The notes beneath the pieces are model-generated. The model was not told the DNA's origin. It searched no databases and was given only the letters and a program-made list of their open reading frames with translations. Shown here one piece after another: positions 52,781-64,000 of a DNA stretch of 64,000 bases. Both the position numbers and the translations under genes were made by a program. The DNA is from Mobula hypostoma (taxonomy: Eukaryota): NCBI RefSeq assembly GCF_963921235.1, contig NC_086109.1, positions 37,264,001-37,328,000 on the forward strand, read 5' to 3'. Each line of letters opens with the position of its first letter. Within the stretch, counting starts at the first letter, position 1.

Positions 52781-54130
52781 TATACTTAATACTTTATTGT
52801 TGCCAAACAATTGGTACTAGAATGTACAATCATCACAGCGATATTTGATTCTGCGCTTCCCACTCCCTGGAATACAAATCGATAGTAAATATTAAAAATT
52901 TAAATTATAAATCATAAATAGAAAATAGAAAATGGAAAGTAAGGCAGTGCAAAAAACTGAGAGGCAGGTCTGGATATTTGGAGGGTACGGCCCAGATCCG
53001 GGTCAGGATCCATTCAGCAGTCTTCAGGCTCCTGAGCCTTCTCCCGGAGGGAAGAGGGACAAAAAGTGTGTTGGCTGGGTGGGTCATGTCCTTGATTATC
53101 CTGGCAGCACTGCTCCAACAGCGTGCAGTGTAAAGTGAGTCCAAGGACGGAAGATTGGTCTGTGTGATGTGCTGCGCCGTGTTCATGATCTTCTGCAGCT
53201 TCTTCCAGTCTTGGACAGGACACTTCCATACCAGGTTGTGATGCACCCTGGAAGAATGCTTTCTACGGTGCATCTATAAAAATTAGTGAGGATCTTAGGG
53301 GACAGGACAAATTTCTTTAGTTTTCTCAGGAATTAAAGGCACTGGTGGGCCTTCTTGGCAGTGGACTCTGCTTGGTTGGTCCAAGTCAGATCATATGTGA
53401 TATTGACCCCGAGGAACTTAAAGCTTTTGACCTGTTCCATTTGCACAATGTAAATTGGGTCGTGCGGTCCACTACTCCTTCTGAAGTCAACAACCAATTC
53501 CATTGTCTTGCTGACGTTGAGGGATAGGTTATTGTCTTCGCACCATGCCACCAGGTTCTTAATTTCCTCTCTGTACTCAAATTTATCATTACCCGAAATA
53601 CGGCCTACATTTGTTGTGTCATCAGCAAACTTATATATTGAGTTCAATGGAAACTTGGCTACACAATTATGGGTGTACAGTGAGTACAGCAGGGAGCTGA
53701 GTACACAGCCTCGTGGGGCACCGGTGCTCAGAGTGATTGTAGAGGAGAGCTTGTCCGCTATTTTTACAGCTTGGGTCCTGTCTGTGAGGAAGTTGAAGAT
53801 CCAGCTGCAGATCTGAGTGCTCAGGCCCAGGTTCCAGAGCTTAGAAATCAGTTTATTTGGCATGATGGTATTAAAGACAGAGCTGTCGTCAATGAAAAGG
53901 AGCCTTACGTATGCGTCTTTATTCGACAGGTGTTCTAAGGAGGAATGTAGGGCCAGAGAGATGGCATTTGTCGTTGACCTGTTGCTCCAGTAGGTGAATT
54001 GCAAAGCGTCGAGGTTGACTGGTAGGCTGTGGTTGATGTGTGCCATAACCAATCGCTCAAAGCACTTCATAGCAATTGATGTCAGAGCCACAGGTCGATA
54101 GTCATTCAGGCATGCCACCTTGCTCTTGCT
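52781..54130 (-). mobile_element. Younger Rex1/Babar LINE RT fragment nested in an older Rex1
   Basis: 278-aa ORF with [30 protein letters not shown] and KFADDTT. Confidence 0.93.
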
Positions 54131-54380
54131 TTTGATGGTCAAAGAGAGCACAGAAGGCACTGAGCTCATTTGGAAAGCAAAACCCTGTTTTTGCCTATGT
54201 CGCTTGATTTAACTTTATAGGAGGTGATAGTATTCAAGTCCTGCCACAACTGTCCAGAATCCTTCATTGATTCAAGTTTAGTCCAGAATTGCAACTTTGC
54301 CTGGAACAGTCTGGGTGGAAAAACTAAGAATTTGGGTGATAGCTATAATTCATGTTTTTGAATTTTGAAGGAAAACCTAC

Positions 54381-54510
54381 AACTTTGAACTTAATTGTTT
54401 AGAAAGAATGTAGCTTCTAACAGTGGGAACAGTGGCTAAAATTATTGAAGTTGGATGGATCATTTTTTCTCCACGCAGGCACATGCATGATGCATGCATG
54501 TTCATACAAG
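54381..54510 (-). pseudogene. BAH domain C-terminal exon remnant
   Basis: Open 130-nt segment between AAG| and |GTAGG: MHASCMCLRG..RSYILSKQLSSK; cf. RERE YHAAALRGKC..FFYILGY. Phase-compatible with 54734-54968. Confidence 0.5.
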
Positions 54511-54519
54511 CTTAAAGGC

Positions 54520-54542
54520 ACACACAGCAAATGCATGCAGCA

Positions 54543-54581
<39 letters not shown>

Positions 54582-54733
54582 ATGTACACACATGCATGAA
54601 CATTTATTGTCATAAGTCCACTCATACAAATACTCACATGCAGACATACAAATATGTATAAAGGTACACATATGCATTCACATATACAAATGCACTCTTA
54701 AAAACATTCACACACACTGACACGCACACGCAC
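54520..54733. repeat. (CA)n microsatellite and CA-rich flank
   Basis: Near-perfect CA run at 54541-54579. Confidence 0.9.
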
Positions 54734-54968
54734 GTAGTTGACAACAAGGTTCTGCAATGAGAGCAAAACTAATCATTGTCTTAAACTTCAGTAGCATTAT
54801 AAGTCCAAACATCTCATTTAACGTCTGGAGTACTGTTTTAGTCATATCAATAGCACACCTCAAAAGTGGGGCAGATTCTGGAAATTCTTCATCTACAATG
54901 ATTCAGTGAGCCGTGGGATGCAGCAAAAGTGCTGGATACATTCTTAACAGCAGAAGCTTCACTCCATC
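54734..54968 (-). pseudogene. BAH domain central exon remnant
   Basis: gcttttttccCAG acceptor; 78 codons with a single TGA: DGVKLLLLRMY..AH*IIVDEEFPE..VLQTLNEMF; cf. RERE DHLLMNVKWYY..VYQHLVQDRHNE..VIKNRELF. Confidence 0.55.
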
Positions 54969-55009
54969 CTGGGAAAAAAGCAATCTTTTGAAATGTACTA
55001 GATTTAATA

Positions 55010-55900
55010 TTAATAACGTTATTTATAGAGCATTTTTCATACAGATGGTGCAGTTGAAAGTGCTTTACAATGGGATAAAAGTACAAACATGAAAATAGCA
55101 TTAAAAATAAAAATGAACATGAAAATAAATGACAAAAAGATGTTAGTTAGAAGCAAGGTTAAATAATATGTCACAAACAAAAAAAAAATCTGCGGATGCC
55201 GGAAATCCAAGCAACACACACAAAATGCTGGAGGAACTCAGCAGGCCAGGCAGCATCTATGGAAAAGAGAAAACATTCGATGTTTCAGGTCAACACCATT
55301 CATCAGGACTAGAAAAAAAGATGAGAGGTCAGGGAAAGAAGTTGTGGGGAGGGGAGGATAAAATACAAGGTAGTAGGCAATAGGTGAAATTGAGAGAAGG
55401 GAAGAGGTCAAAATATGTTTATAAATAGACCTTGAGCTAGTGTTTAAAACTGTCAACAGAGTCTGCATCCCTTATAGTTTTTAGTATTGGATCCCACAGT
55501 TTAGGAGTATAGTTCAAAAAAAGTTGAACGATGAATTATCTTTTGAGGGAGATAAATTTAAGAGATTGGTGGAAGAAGACCTGAGAGCTTGAGCAGGATT
55601 ATAAAATGAAAATGATTCTGTGATGTGCTCTGATCCCAGACCATGAATAGCTTTAAAAATAAATAAGAGAACTTTATAATCAATTCTTAAAAATACAGGA
55701 AGCCAATGCAGAATAGCTAGTATAGGAGTGAAATGTTTCCTCATCCCAGGTTTGGTTAAAAGTCTAGTAGCAGCATTCTGATTGAATGCTGTTTTACTGG
55801 CTTTGGAAGGCCAGTAAAAAGTGCATTGCAGTAATTTAGTCCATTCAATATAAAGACCTGAATAAGTTTTTCAGCATCATTACGTGACAGATGAGATCTC
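55010..55900 (-). mobile_element. L2 LINE 3' fragment with an inserted Penelope-related repeat (55170-55410)
   Basis: HFTPILAILHWLPVFLRIDYKVLLFIFKAIHG. Confidence 0.85.
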
Positions 55901-56577
55901 CAAATTTTGGTTTATTTTTCACGTGTATATTGAAGCGTACAGTGAAATGTGTTGTTTGAGTGAAGGATGTGTTGAGGGCAGCCCACAAGTGTCACCACAC
56001 ACTCCAGTACCGACATAACATGTCCACAAATCTCTAGGACAGGACTCCAGACCCCAGTCCCCGGCCTCCAGTTTTCCAATTTCCAGTTTCCAGTTATTGA
56101 GCCACCTTTCAATTGTTTCTTTATTCTTTCATGGGAAACTCTCATCACAGGTTTTACTGCCTACCTTTAACAGAGTGGCTTATCAGGTCATTTCAGAGGG
56201 CAAATAAGAGTCAACCACGTTGCAGTGTGCCTGGATTCATGTATTGGTAAGGCGGCAGATGTCCTTTACAGAAGAAAAGTTGTGTTTCTGTGACAACTTC
56301 ACAGTTACAATATTACTGGTTTTCTAACTCCTGATTTATTTCACGATTTAAAATTAAGTTGCACTGCCATGTTGGTTAGGTTAAAACTCACATCTCTCGG
56401 CCCGTGTTCTGGGCTTCTGAGCATATCCAGTAACAAATCAAACATCTAACTTGGAACCACGTTGGCCTGGAATTTGGTGTAATGGAGGTAATAATGGTAA
56501 GAACTAAGCTGGAGATTTGAATTCCCTGTTCTTCCATGGAAAATTTACAACATTTGCTGCTTCAAATATGGTAATAA

Positions 56578-57172
56578 TCATAGTCATAGTCATAGTCATA
56601 CTTTATTGTTCCCGGTGGAAATTGGTTTTCGTTACAGTTGCACCACAAATAATAAATAGTAATAAAACCATAAATAGTTAAATAGTAATATGTAAATTAT
56701 GCCAGTAAATTATGAAATAAATCCAGGACCAGCCTATTGGTTCAGGGTGTCTGACCCTCCAAGGGAGGAGTTGTAAAGTTTGATGGCCACAGGCAGGAAT
56801 GACTTCCTATGACGCTCTGTGTTGCATCTTGGTGGAATGAGTCTCTGGCTGAATGTACTCCTGTGCCCACCCAGTACATTATGTAGTGGATGGGAGACAT
56901 TGTCCAAGATGGCATGCAACTTAGTCAGCATCCTCTTTTCAGACACCACCATGACAGAGTCCAGTTCCATCCCCACAACATCACTGGCCTTACGAATGAG
57001 TTTGTTGATTCTGCTGGTGTCTGCTACCCTCAGCCTGCTGCCCCAGCACACAACAGCAAACATGATAGCACTAGCCACCACAGACTCGTAGAACATCCTC
57101 AGCATCATCCGGCAGATGATAAAGGACCCCAGTCTCCTCAGGAAATAGAGACGGCTCTGATCCTTCTTGTAG
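56578..57172 (-). mobile_element. Young Rex1-type LINE 3' fragment with (ACTATG)n tail
   Basis: MFYESVVASAIMFAVVCWG..HPLH..KSFLPVAIKLYN; CATAGT repeats at 56579-56600. Confidence 0.9.
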
Positions 57173-57754
57173 ATGAATCAGAAACAATTTAGGTTATATC
57201 TGACTTATTTTCAAGAATGGACATTCACAAACAGGGACTGAAGTCATCTCCGGGGGATGGGGAAAGGTAGGAAAGCTGGCAGTCAGAGTTAGTTCAGTGA
57301 TTTAGTAAACGACCGAGGGTGCATTGGGGTATTACTGGAGAAATGGCTGGCAAACAAGATTTAGCTGGGGAGGCGGGTAATCTAGAATCAGATAATTGGC
57401 TGGGGAAGGTTGAGGAGAGCATGTCACCAATCAGATAAATGACTCTGAAGAGGTGGGTATGGCGATAATGACTTCCATTGGATGTTTTAGGGGATTAGTG
57501 GTGGAAAGAATACAGGCAAGGCCAATCAGGGCTTTAGAGAGGAAACTGATAGCTTTGGGTTTCAGAGCCTAGAATGATAGGAGGATGGGAGTACTAGGGT
57601 GCTGAGTGAGCTGTGCAAGTTTCAATGGGGCTGGGACTGAAGGTTCAAAGGAAGATAGTGTAATCCTAGCCTAGCGTTCATGACAAATATCTGGCTGCTT
57701 TGTAAAGCAGAGTCATGATCTATTCTGGGACTTAATTTCCTGCTTGAATTGGAC

Positions 57755-57869
57755 CTTGAACAGAAACATATAACCTCACAATCCTATGCAATCCTCTGCA
57801 ATCTATTTTTGATAAAAGCCTAACGCACAGCAAAAATTCACCACACTGCACAATGCAATGTCCAGGCCA
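57755..57869 (-). pseudogene. BAH domain N-terminal exon remnant
   Basis: Open frame IVQCGEFLLCVRLLSKIDCRGLHRIVRLYVSVQ; cf. MTA MYRVGDYVYF..YLIRRIEEL. Donor AAG|GTCCAA is weak and one base out of phase with the next exon. Confidence 0.4.
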
Positions 57870-57964
57870 TTATTTCCTTTCAATCTGTTCTCCCAGAGTT
57901 TGTGAAAATTTTATCTTTATATTTTGGAATCTCAAATCACAAAATGCAGTTTAGCGGTTCAGGA

Positions 57965-58295
57965 GGAGTAGGAAATTACAAACGTTACGCCACTCTTCAA
58001 GAAGAAGGGAAATTATAGACCAGTCAGTTATTCTGCCTTCAGTGGTTGGGAATATGTCAGAGTCCATTATTAAGGATAGGGTTTTGGGATACTAGGAGGT
58101 ACCTGACAAAACAGGCCAAAGTCAGCCTGGTTTCCTTAAGGGGAAATCTTGCCTGACAAATCTGTTGGAATACTTTGAGGAAATGACAGGCAAGGATAGG
58201 CAAAGGATAGTCAGTGGATGTTGTTTACTTGGATTTTCAGAAGCCCTTTGACAAGGTGCCATTCGGGAGGCTGCTTAACAAGATAAGAGCCCACG
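57965..58295 (+). mobile_element. CR1 RT fragment
   Basis: NVTPLFKK, GKSCLTNLLE, VYLDFQKPFDKV. Confidence 0.85.
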
Positions 58296-58369
58296 GACAG
58301 AAGACGACAACAAAGAGGTGGTCGCTGGACTTAACTTGAATCAGTGAAGGACGCTCAACAGCTGTGGCT

Positions 58370-60850
58370 ATTACTTCTTACAAAATGAAACTAAGCAATG
58401 TAGGTGACAACAAGGCTTCACTCCCAGATGAGCTCATTGCCTTCTATGCTTGCTTTGACTGTCAAAGCCAGGAGGAAACATCATGAATTCCCACAGCCTC
58501 TGGTTACACAGTGATTTCAGTCTCTGAGGCCGACGTGAGTGCATCCTTCAGGCGGGTGAATCCACAGAAAGCATCAGGTCCAGATGGGGTGTCTGGCCAA
58601 GAACTAAAAACCTGTGCTGATCAACTATCTAAAGTATTCACTGAGATGTTTAACCTCTCTTTGGCAGTCTAATGAGCCCACTTGTTTCAAGTAGACTTCA
58701 ATTATACCAGTGACTAAGAACGTGACTATCATCCAGCCTCAATGACTATCATCCAGCAGCACTTACTTCCACTGTGATGAAGTGCCTTGGAAGGCTGGTG
58801 ATGAAGTATATAAATTCTTGCCTGAGAAGCAACATAGATCCATTCCAATTTGCCCACTAGCACAACATGTCCATGGCAAATGCACTTTCACTGGCTTGTC
58901 ACTCAACATGGATCATCAGGACAGCAAAGGTGCATACATCAGGATGTTCTTTATCGACTACAGTTCTGAATTCAATACTACCATCCCCTAAAAAATAATT
59001 AATAAGCTTCAGTATCTCCCTGTGCAATTGGATCCTCAATTTCTTCGTTTGCAGACTCTAGTGAGCTTGGATTGGCAATAACACCTCCTCCACAATCTTC
59101 AGCAGCACAGGTGCCCCACAAGGCTGTATGCTTAGCCCCCTGCTCTACTCGCTTTATACTTAAGTCTGTGAGGCTATGCACAGCTCCAATGCCATTTGTT
59201 AGTTTGCTGACAAAACCACTGTCAATGGCCATATCAAAGGCAGTAACAAATCAGCATATAGGAGGGAGATTGAAAGGCTGGCGGAGGGCTGCCACAGCAA
59301 CAACCTCTCACACAACGTCAGCAAGACCAAGGAGCTGATTATTGACTTCAGGAGGAGGAAGCCAGAGGTCCATGAACAGGTACTCGTCAGAGGAGCAGGG
59401 GTGTAGTGGTGCGTTTTAAAATTTCTTAGTGTTATCAATTCAGAGGGTCTGTCCTGGGCCCAGCACGTAAGTGTGATTATGAATAAGGCACAGCAGTACC
59501 TTTACTTACTTAGAAGTTTGCGAAGATTCGGTGTGACATTTATTATTTATTCAGCAATACATTATGGAGTAGGCCCTTCCGGCCCATCAAGCCACACCAC
59601 ACTAGCAAACCCACAGTACTGATTTTAATCTAACCTAATACCTGGACAATTTACCATGATCAATTAACCTACTGGATACACAACAATAGCAAACCCACAG
59701 GCACTGATTTTAATCTAACCTAATAACGAGACAATTTACAATGATCAATAACCTACTGGGTACACCACACTAGCAAACCCACAGGCACTGATTTTAATCT
59801 AACCTAATAACGGGACAATTTACAATGATCAATAACCTACTGGGTACGCCACACTAGCAAACCCACAGCACTGATTTTAATCTACCCTAATACCCGGACA
59901 ATTTACCATGATCAATTAACCTACTGGGTACGCCACACTAGCAAACCCACAGTACTGATTTTAATCTAATCTAATACCGGGACAATTTACCATGATCAAT
60001 TAACCTACCAGGTACATCTTTGCACCGTTTGAGGAAACCTGAGCACCCAGGGAAACCCATGCGTTTCAGAGGGAAAATTCACAGAGATTCCTTACAGAAC
60101 GGTGCCAGAATTGAACTCTGAGCTCTGGAACACACCAAGGTGTAACAATATTCCCATCTTATTTATAGGAGAACCAGGTAGCAGCCTAAGGGGTGATTCA
60201 CAGGGCACCCTAGTAATATTACAGGATAAGACCAGATCTGATGTGTTAGCAAACACACTTGACAGCATGGGACCCACTCTTTGGAGAACTAAATCCCTGA
60301 CAAACTTCTATAGATGTGTTATAGAGAGCACGTATATTGATTGGTTGCATCACCAAAGCCCTCGAACAGAAAATCCTACAAAAAGTAGTGGATACAGCCC
60401 AGTCCATCATGAGTAAAGTCCTCCCGACTCTTGAGTACCTCTACATGGAGCACTGTCGCAGAAAAGCAGCATCCATCATCAAGGACCTCCCATCACCCTG
60501 GCCAAGCTCTCTTCTTCCAGGTGCCATCAGGAAGAAGGTGCAGGACCCTCAGGACCCACACTATCTGGAACAGTTATTACCCCTCAACCATCAGGCTCTT
60601 GATTCAGTGTGGATACCTTCACTAGCCCTGTCATCAAACTGTCCACACAAGTTCACTTTCAAGAAACCTTCATCATGTTCTCGATATTTATTTACTAGTT
60701 TTTCTTTCGTATCTGCATAGTTTGTCTCTTGCACGTTGGTTGATTGTCTGTCCTGTGGGATGGACAAGACTTTCATTAGTTCTATTATGTTTCTTGAATT
60801 TTATAAGTATGGCCACAAAAAAATTAATCTCACGGTTCTACATGGTGACA
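58370..60850 (+). mobile_element. Rex1/Babar LINE, degenerate, with SINE and tandem-repeat insertion
   Basis: KASGPDGV, FIDYSSEFNTTIP, TGAPQGCMLSP, LTNFYRCVIES. Confidence 0.85.
59597..60016. repeat. Minisatellite, 5 x 84 bp, inside a minus-strand SINE (~59540-60150)
   Basis: Units start at 59597, 59681, 59765, 59849 and 59933 (CCACACTAGCAAACCCACAG..GATTTTAATCTAACCTAATA..). Confidence 0.92.
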
Positions 60851-60854
60851 TATA

Positions 60855-61427
60855 TATAATGTCCTGGTTCATATTTTTACTGTTATGCTATATGTATTTC
60901 ATTTAGCAGTTCTGTAAGAGCAGTCTGTTCTGTTTTCAGTTTGGGTTCTTGTTAAGATAAGAGATGAGGAGAAATGTGTGCCATCTAGTTAGGATGGTCG
61001 AATTAAGGGGGTGTTTTTTCTTGTGAAGATCACCAAGATTGGGATTGGAGCTTTTGTTTGAGAGAAGATGAAGAGGGAAGACGCAGGAGAGATCAATTGA
61101 GGATCAGAGAATATGGAGAAACTTCGAGCTCCAACTTGTGCACATTTGACTGTTTCATTGAAATGGGCCCTTTTTCTCGTTTTTTTGTTCCTTTCTCTAC
61201 TGATCCTTTAGTCAAATTAAGATTCATAAATATAATCTTTTAATCGCATGTGATGTACCATCTGTTATTTTGTGGCACTAATTTGTAACGGTAGCAAATT
61301 ACACAGCATCCACACAAACGGAGGTTTGGGTTGGGAGAGTGCCTCAACCTCATGAGTTTGGCAGGGCTGGAGTTGTCTTCCCTAGACTTACGCAGCCAAG
61401 GAAACCGGTGGGGGGGTGGATTTCATA
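60855..61427 (+). mobile_element. Solo LTR, same family as 12546-13354
   Basis: ATTTTTACTGTTATGCT..GTTCTGTAAGAGCAGTCTGTTCTG shared with 12546-13354; inserted in the Rex1 tail. Confidence 0.7.
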
Positions 61428-61464
61428 TATGAACTTTGATAATAACTTTGAACTTTAGTAAATA

Positions 61465-62178
61465 CAGGAAAGATGCTAACATGAATAAAAGGAGGCAAAA
61501 ATAGAAATAAAGGGAGGCTTTTCTGGTTAACTGTCTGTGACTAGTGGTGTTCCACAGGGTTCAATGTTGGGACCACTGCTTTTCATGTTATATGTCAATG
61601 ATTTAGATGACAGAATTGGTGGCTGTGAGGCCAATTTTGTGGCTGATACGCAGATAGTTGGAGGGGCCATTAGTGTTGAGAAAATGGGGAGTCTGCAGAT
61701 GGACTTAGGTTGAAAGAATGGACAAAGAAGTGACAATGAGTTATAGTGCAGGGAAGTTTATAGTCATGCACTTTTGTAGAAGGAATAAGTGTGTCGACTA
61801 TTTTCTAAAAAGGGAGAAAAATCAAAAATCAGAAGTGCAAAGGAACTTGGGAGTTGTTGTGTAGGATTCCTTCAAGGATAACTTGCAGTTTGAGTTGCTG
61901 GTATGTAAGGGAAATGGAATGTCAGCATTAATTTCAAGAGGACTAGAATATAAGAGCAAGAATATAATGTTGAGGCTTTACAAGGCATTGGTCAGACTAT
62001 ATAGAGTATTGTGAGCAGTTTTGGGTCCCTTATCTAAGAAAATATGTATTGGCATTTGGAGAGGATCCAGAGGAGGTTCACAAGAATGATTCTGGGAATG
62101 GAAGGTTAGACTATTGATAAATACATATGTATGAGGAGCATTTGATGGCTCTGGATCTGTACTTGCTGGACTTTAGAA
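61465..62178 (+). mobile_element. CR1 RT fragment
   Basis: VTSGVPQGSMLGPLLF, FVADT, LRLYKALVRL. Confidence 0.88.
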
Positions 62179-63364
62179 CAGTGGTCCCCAACCATTGGGC
62201 TGCAGACTGGTACCGGGCTGCCAAGCATGTGCTACTGGGCCGCAAGGAAACGATATGATTTGGTGATATGAGTCAGCTGCACCTTTCCTCATTCACTGTC
62301 ACGCCCACCATTGAACTTGAACGCATGCGAGGTCATTACGCACGCGAGGTCATCACGCATGCGAGGTCATCAGTGACCCAAGACGCAAATGACCCAAGAC
62401 ATGCAAAGGAATGGGTCCATGACCCATTTGTGGATGTCCCCGGTGAATCATCCATGTCAGCGTGGGAAGAAGATCAACTCCTCGAGCTTGCAAATGACGA
62501 TGGGCTGAAAAGTATGTTTGTCATAACATCTCTGCCAGCATTCTGGATCAAAGTCAAGGCTGAATATCCTGAGATAGCCATGAAAGCACTTAAAACGTTG
62601 CTTCCATTTCCAAAATCATATTTCTGCGAAGCGGAGTTTTCTGCAATGAATGCAACGAAAACTAAATTGTGGAATAGACTGGACATAAGGAACCCCCTTC
62701 GAGTATCACTGTCTCCTATCACCCCTTGATGGGGCCGTCTTGTTGCAGGAAAACAAGCCCAGGGCTCCCACTGATTCAGCGATATTGGTGTGTAGCAATG
62801 ATTTTATATGTTCATACGAGGAAAATATGTGCTGTGTGTTTAATATCCAAATGTTACTTAAAATGTTATGATGCTATTGACTTATAAGTGACTTATAATT
62901 CAGTGGGCCCCAACCTCCGGGCCGTGGACCAATACATCACTGCGAAGAACACAGCGGTACAGCGGTGGCTGGAACGCACCCAGCACATCTTTAAGAAAAA
63001 AGCTGAAATAAACAAGCTAATTAATTAGGTACCGCCTGGCACATAGTTAATTAGCTTGTTTATTTCAGCTTTAGTCGCCTCTGATCTGGGCCGACATTTA
63101 CGTGCTGGGCGGCACCTGATTAGTTAGCTTGTTTATTTGGGTTTTTTTGTTAAAGATGTGCTGGGTGCATTCCGACTACCGCTGCACCACTGCATTCTTC
63201 ATGGCGATGTATCGGTCCGCGGCCCGGAGGTTGGGAACCACTGTTATAATTAACTTATCACTATATTCATGCGAGGAAAATATACGCTGTGTGTTTAGTA
63301 TTAAATTTGTTAGATAAACCCTTTTAGAAACGAAATTGAGTGTATTAGCCACTTATAAGTGACT
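62179..63364 (+). mobile_element. hAT Buster/Charlie-family deleted element retaining the C-terminal dimerisation domain; right end not seen (interrupted by CR1)
   Basis: TIR CAGTGGTCCCCAACC, left target CTTTAGAA (NNNTANNN), FWIKVKAEYPEIAMKALKTLLPFPKSYFCEAEFSAM..KTK..NRLD. Confidence 0.9.
62901..63243. mobile_element. Complete hAT Buster-type MITE nested in the related element
   Basis: TIRs CAGTGG.CCCCAACCTCCGGGCCG / CGGCCCGGAGGTTGGGAACCACTG; perfect 8-bp TSD TTATAATT at 62893-62900 and 63244-63251. Confidence 0.95.
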
Positions 63365-64000
63365 TAGAAACATAGAAACATAGCAAATAAGTGTAGGAGA
63401 AGGCCTTTCGGCCCTTCGAGCCTGCACCGCCATTCATTACGATCATGGCTGATCATCCAACTCAGAACCCTATACTTGCCTTCTCTCCATACCCCCTGAT
63501 CCCTTTAGCCACAAGGGCCATATCTAACTCCCTCTTAAATATAGCCAATGAACTGGCCTCAACTGTTTCCCGTGGCAGAGAATTCCACAGATTCACCACT
63601 CTCTGTGTGAAGAAGTTTTTCCTCATCTCGGTCCTAAAAGGTTTCCCCTTTATCCTCAAACTGTGACCTCTCGTTATGGACTTCCCCAACATTGGGAACA
63701 ATCTTTCCGCATCTAGCCTGTCCAATCACTTTAGAATTTTATACGTTTCAATCAGATCCCCCCTCAATCTTCTAAATTCCAACGAGTATAAACCTAGTTC
63801 ATCCAGTCTTTCATCATATGAAAGTCCTGCCATCCCAGGAATCAATCTGGTGAACCTTCTTTGTACTCCCTCTATGGCAAGGATGTCTTTCCTCAGATTA
63901 GGGGACCAAAACTGCACACAATACTCCAGGTGTGGTCTCACCAAGGCCTTGTACAACTGCAGTAGAACCTCCCTGCTTCTGTATTCGAATCCTCTTGCTA
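63365..64000 (-). mobile_element. Young CR1 LINE 3' end, runs off the window
   Basis: [48 protein letters not shown]-type tail. Confidence 0.95.

Larger units (their letters stand above)
34400..57870 (-). pseudogene. Decayed multi-exon chromatin-reader gene with BAH-PHD-ELM2-SANT-GATA-PZP (Snt2-like) architecture
   Basis: Collinear exon remnants with splice signals and domain motifs (listed individually), premature stops, frameshifts and TE insertions in exons. The 3' boundary is uncertain. Confidence 0.65.

Noticed and set aside
53333..54169. 278-aa RT ORF as a functional or novel reverse transcriptase
   Set aside because: Ordinary truncated Rex1 copy with an altered catalytic-region motif ([10 protein letters not shown]) and downstream stops.
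34400..57870. Assigning the symbol RERE, MTA or PHF14 to the decayed gene
   Set aside because: Similarity is only at motif level and the domain combination matches none of them, so no symbol is given.
59597..60016. Regularly spaced repeats resembling a CRISPR array
   Set aside because: Whole 84-bp units repeat with no unique spacers, there are no cas genes, and the context is a eukaryotic SINE.
62268..62729. ORF resembling domesticated ZBED5/SCAND3/Buster genes
   Set aside because: Only the dimerisation domain is present, within a TIR-bounded deleted transposon.

Overview
Repeat-rich vertebrate genomic DNA. The mix of transposable elements (CR1, L2, Rex1/Babar, Tx1/L1, RTE, Penelope, Gypsy, Tc1, hAT-Buster and tRNA-SINEs) suggests a cartilaginous fish, probably a ray; this is inference. 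Most ORF-track entries are TE fragments or noise, and I found no intact host gene. The main signal lies in the unique DNA between TEs on the minus strand (~57,870 down to ~34,400): an ordered series of decayed exons. By manual translation they encode BAH, PHD, ELM2, SANT, an MTA/RERE-type GATA zinc finger and a PHD-Zn-knuckle-PHD (PZP) module, possibly followed by PWWP- and MBD-like pieces. That domain content resembles fungal Snt2 more than any single human chromatin protein I know. The locus is pseudogenised by stops, frameshifts and TE insertions into exons. A second cluster of small minus-strand exon-like segments (25.4-28.2 kb) may be another gene or pseudogene. All domain calls are by-eye motif matches, not HMM results, and TE boundaries without a stated target-site duplication (TSD) are approximate.
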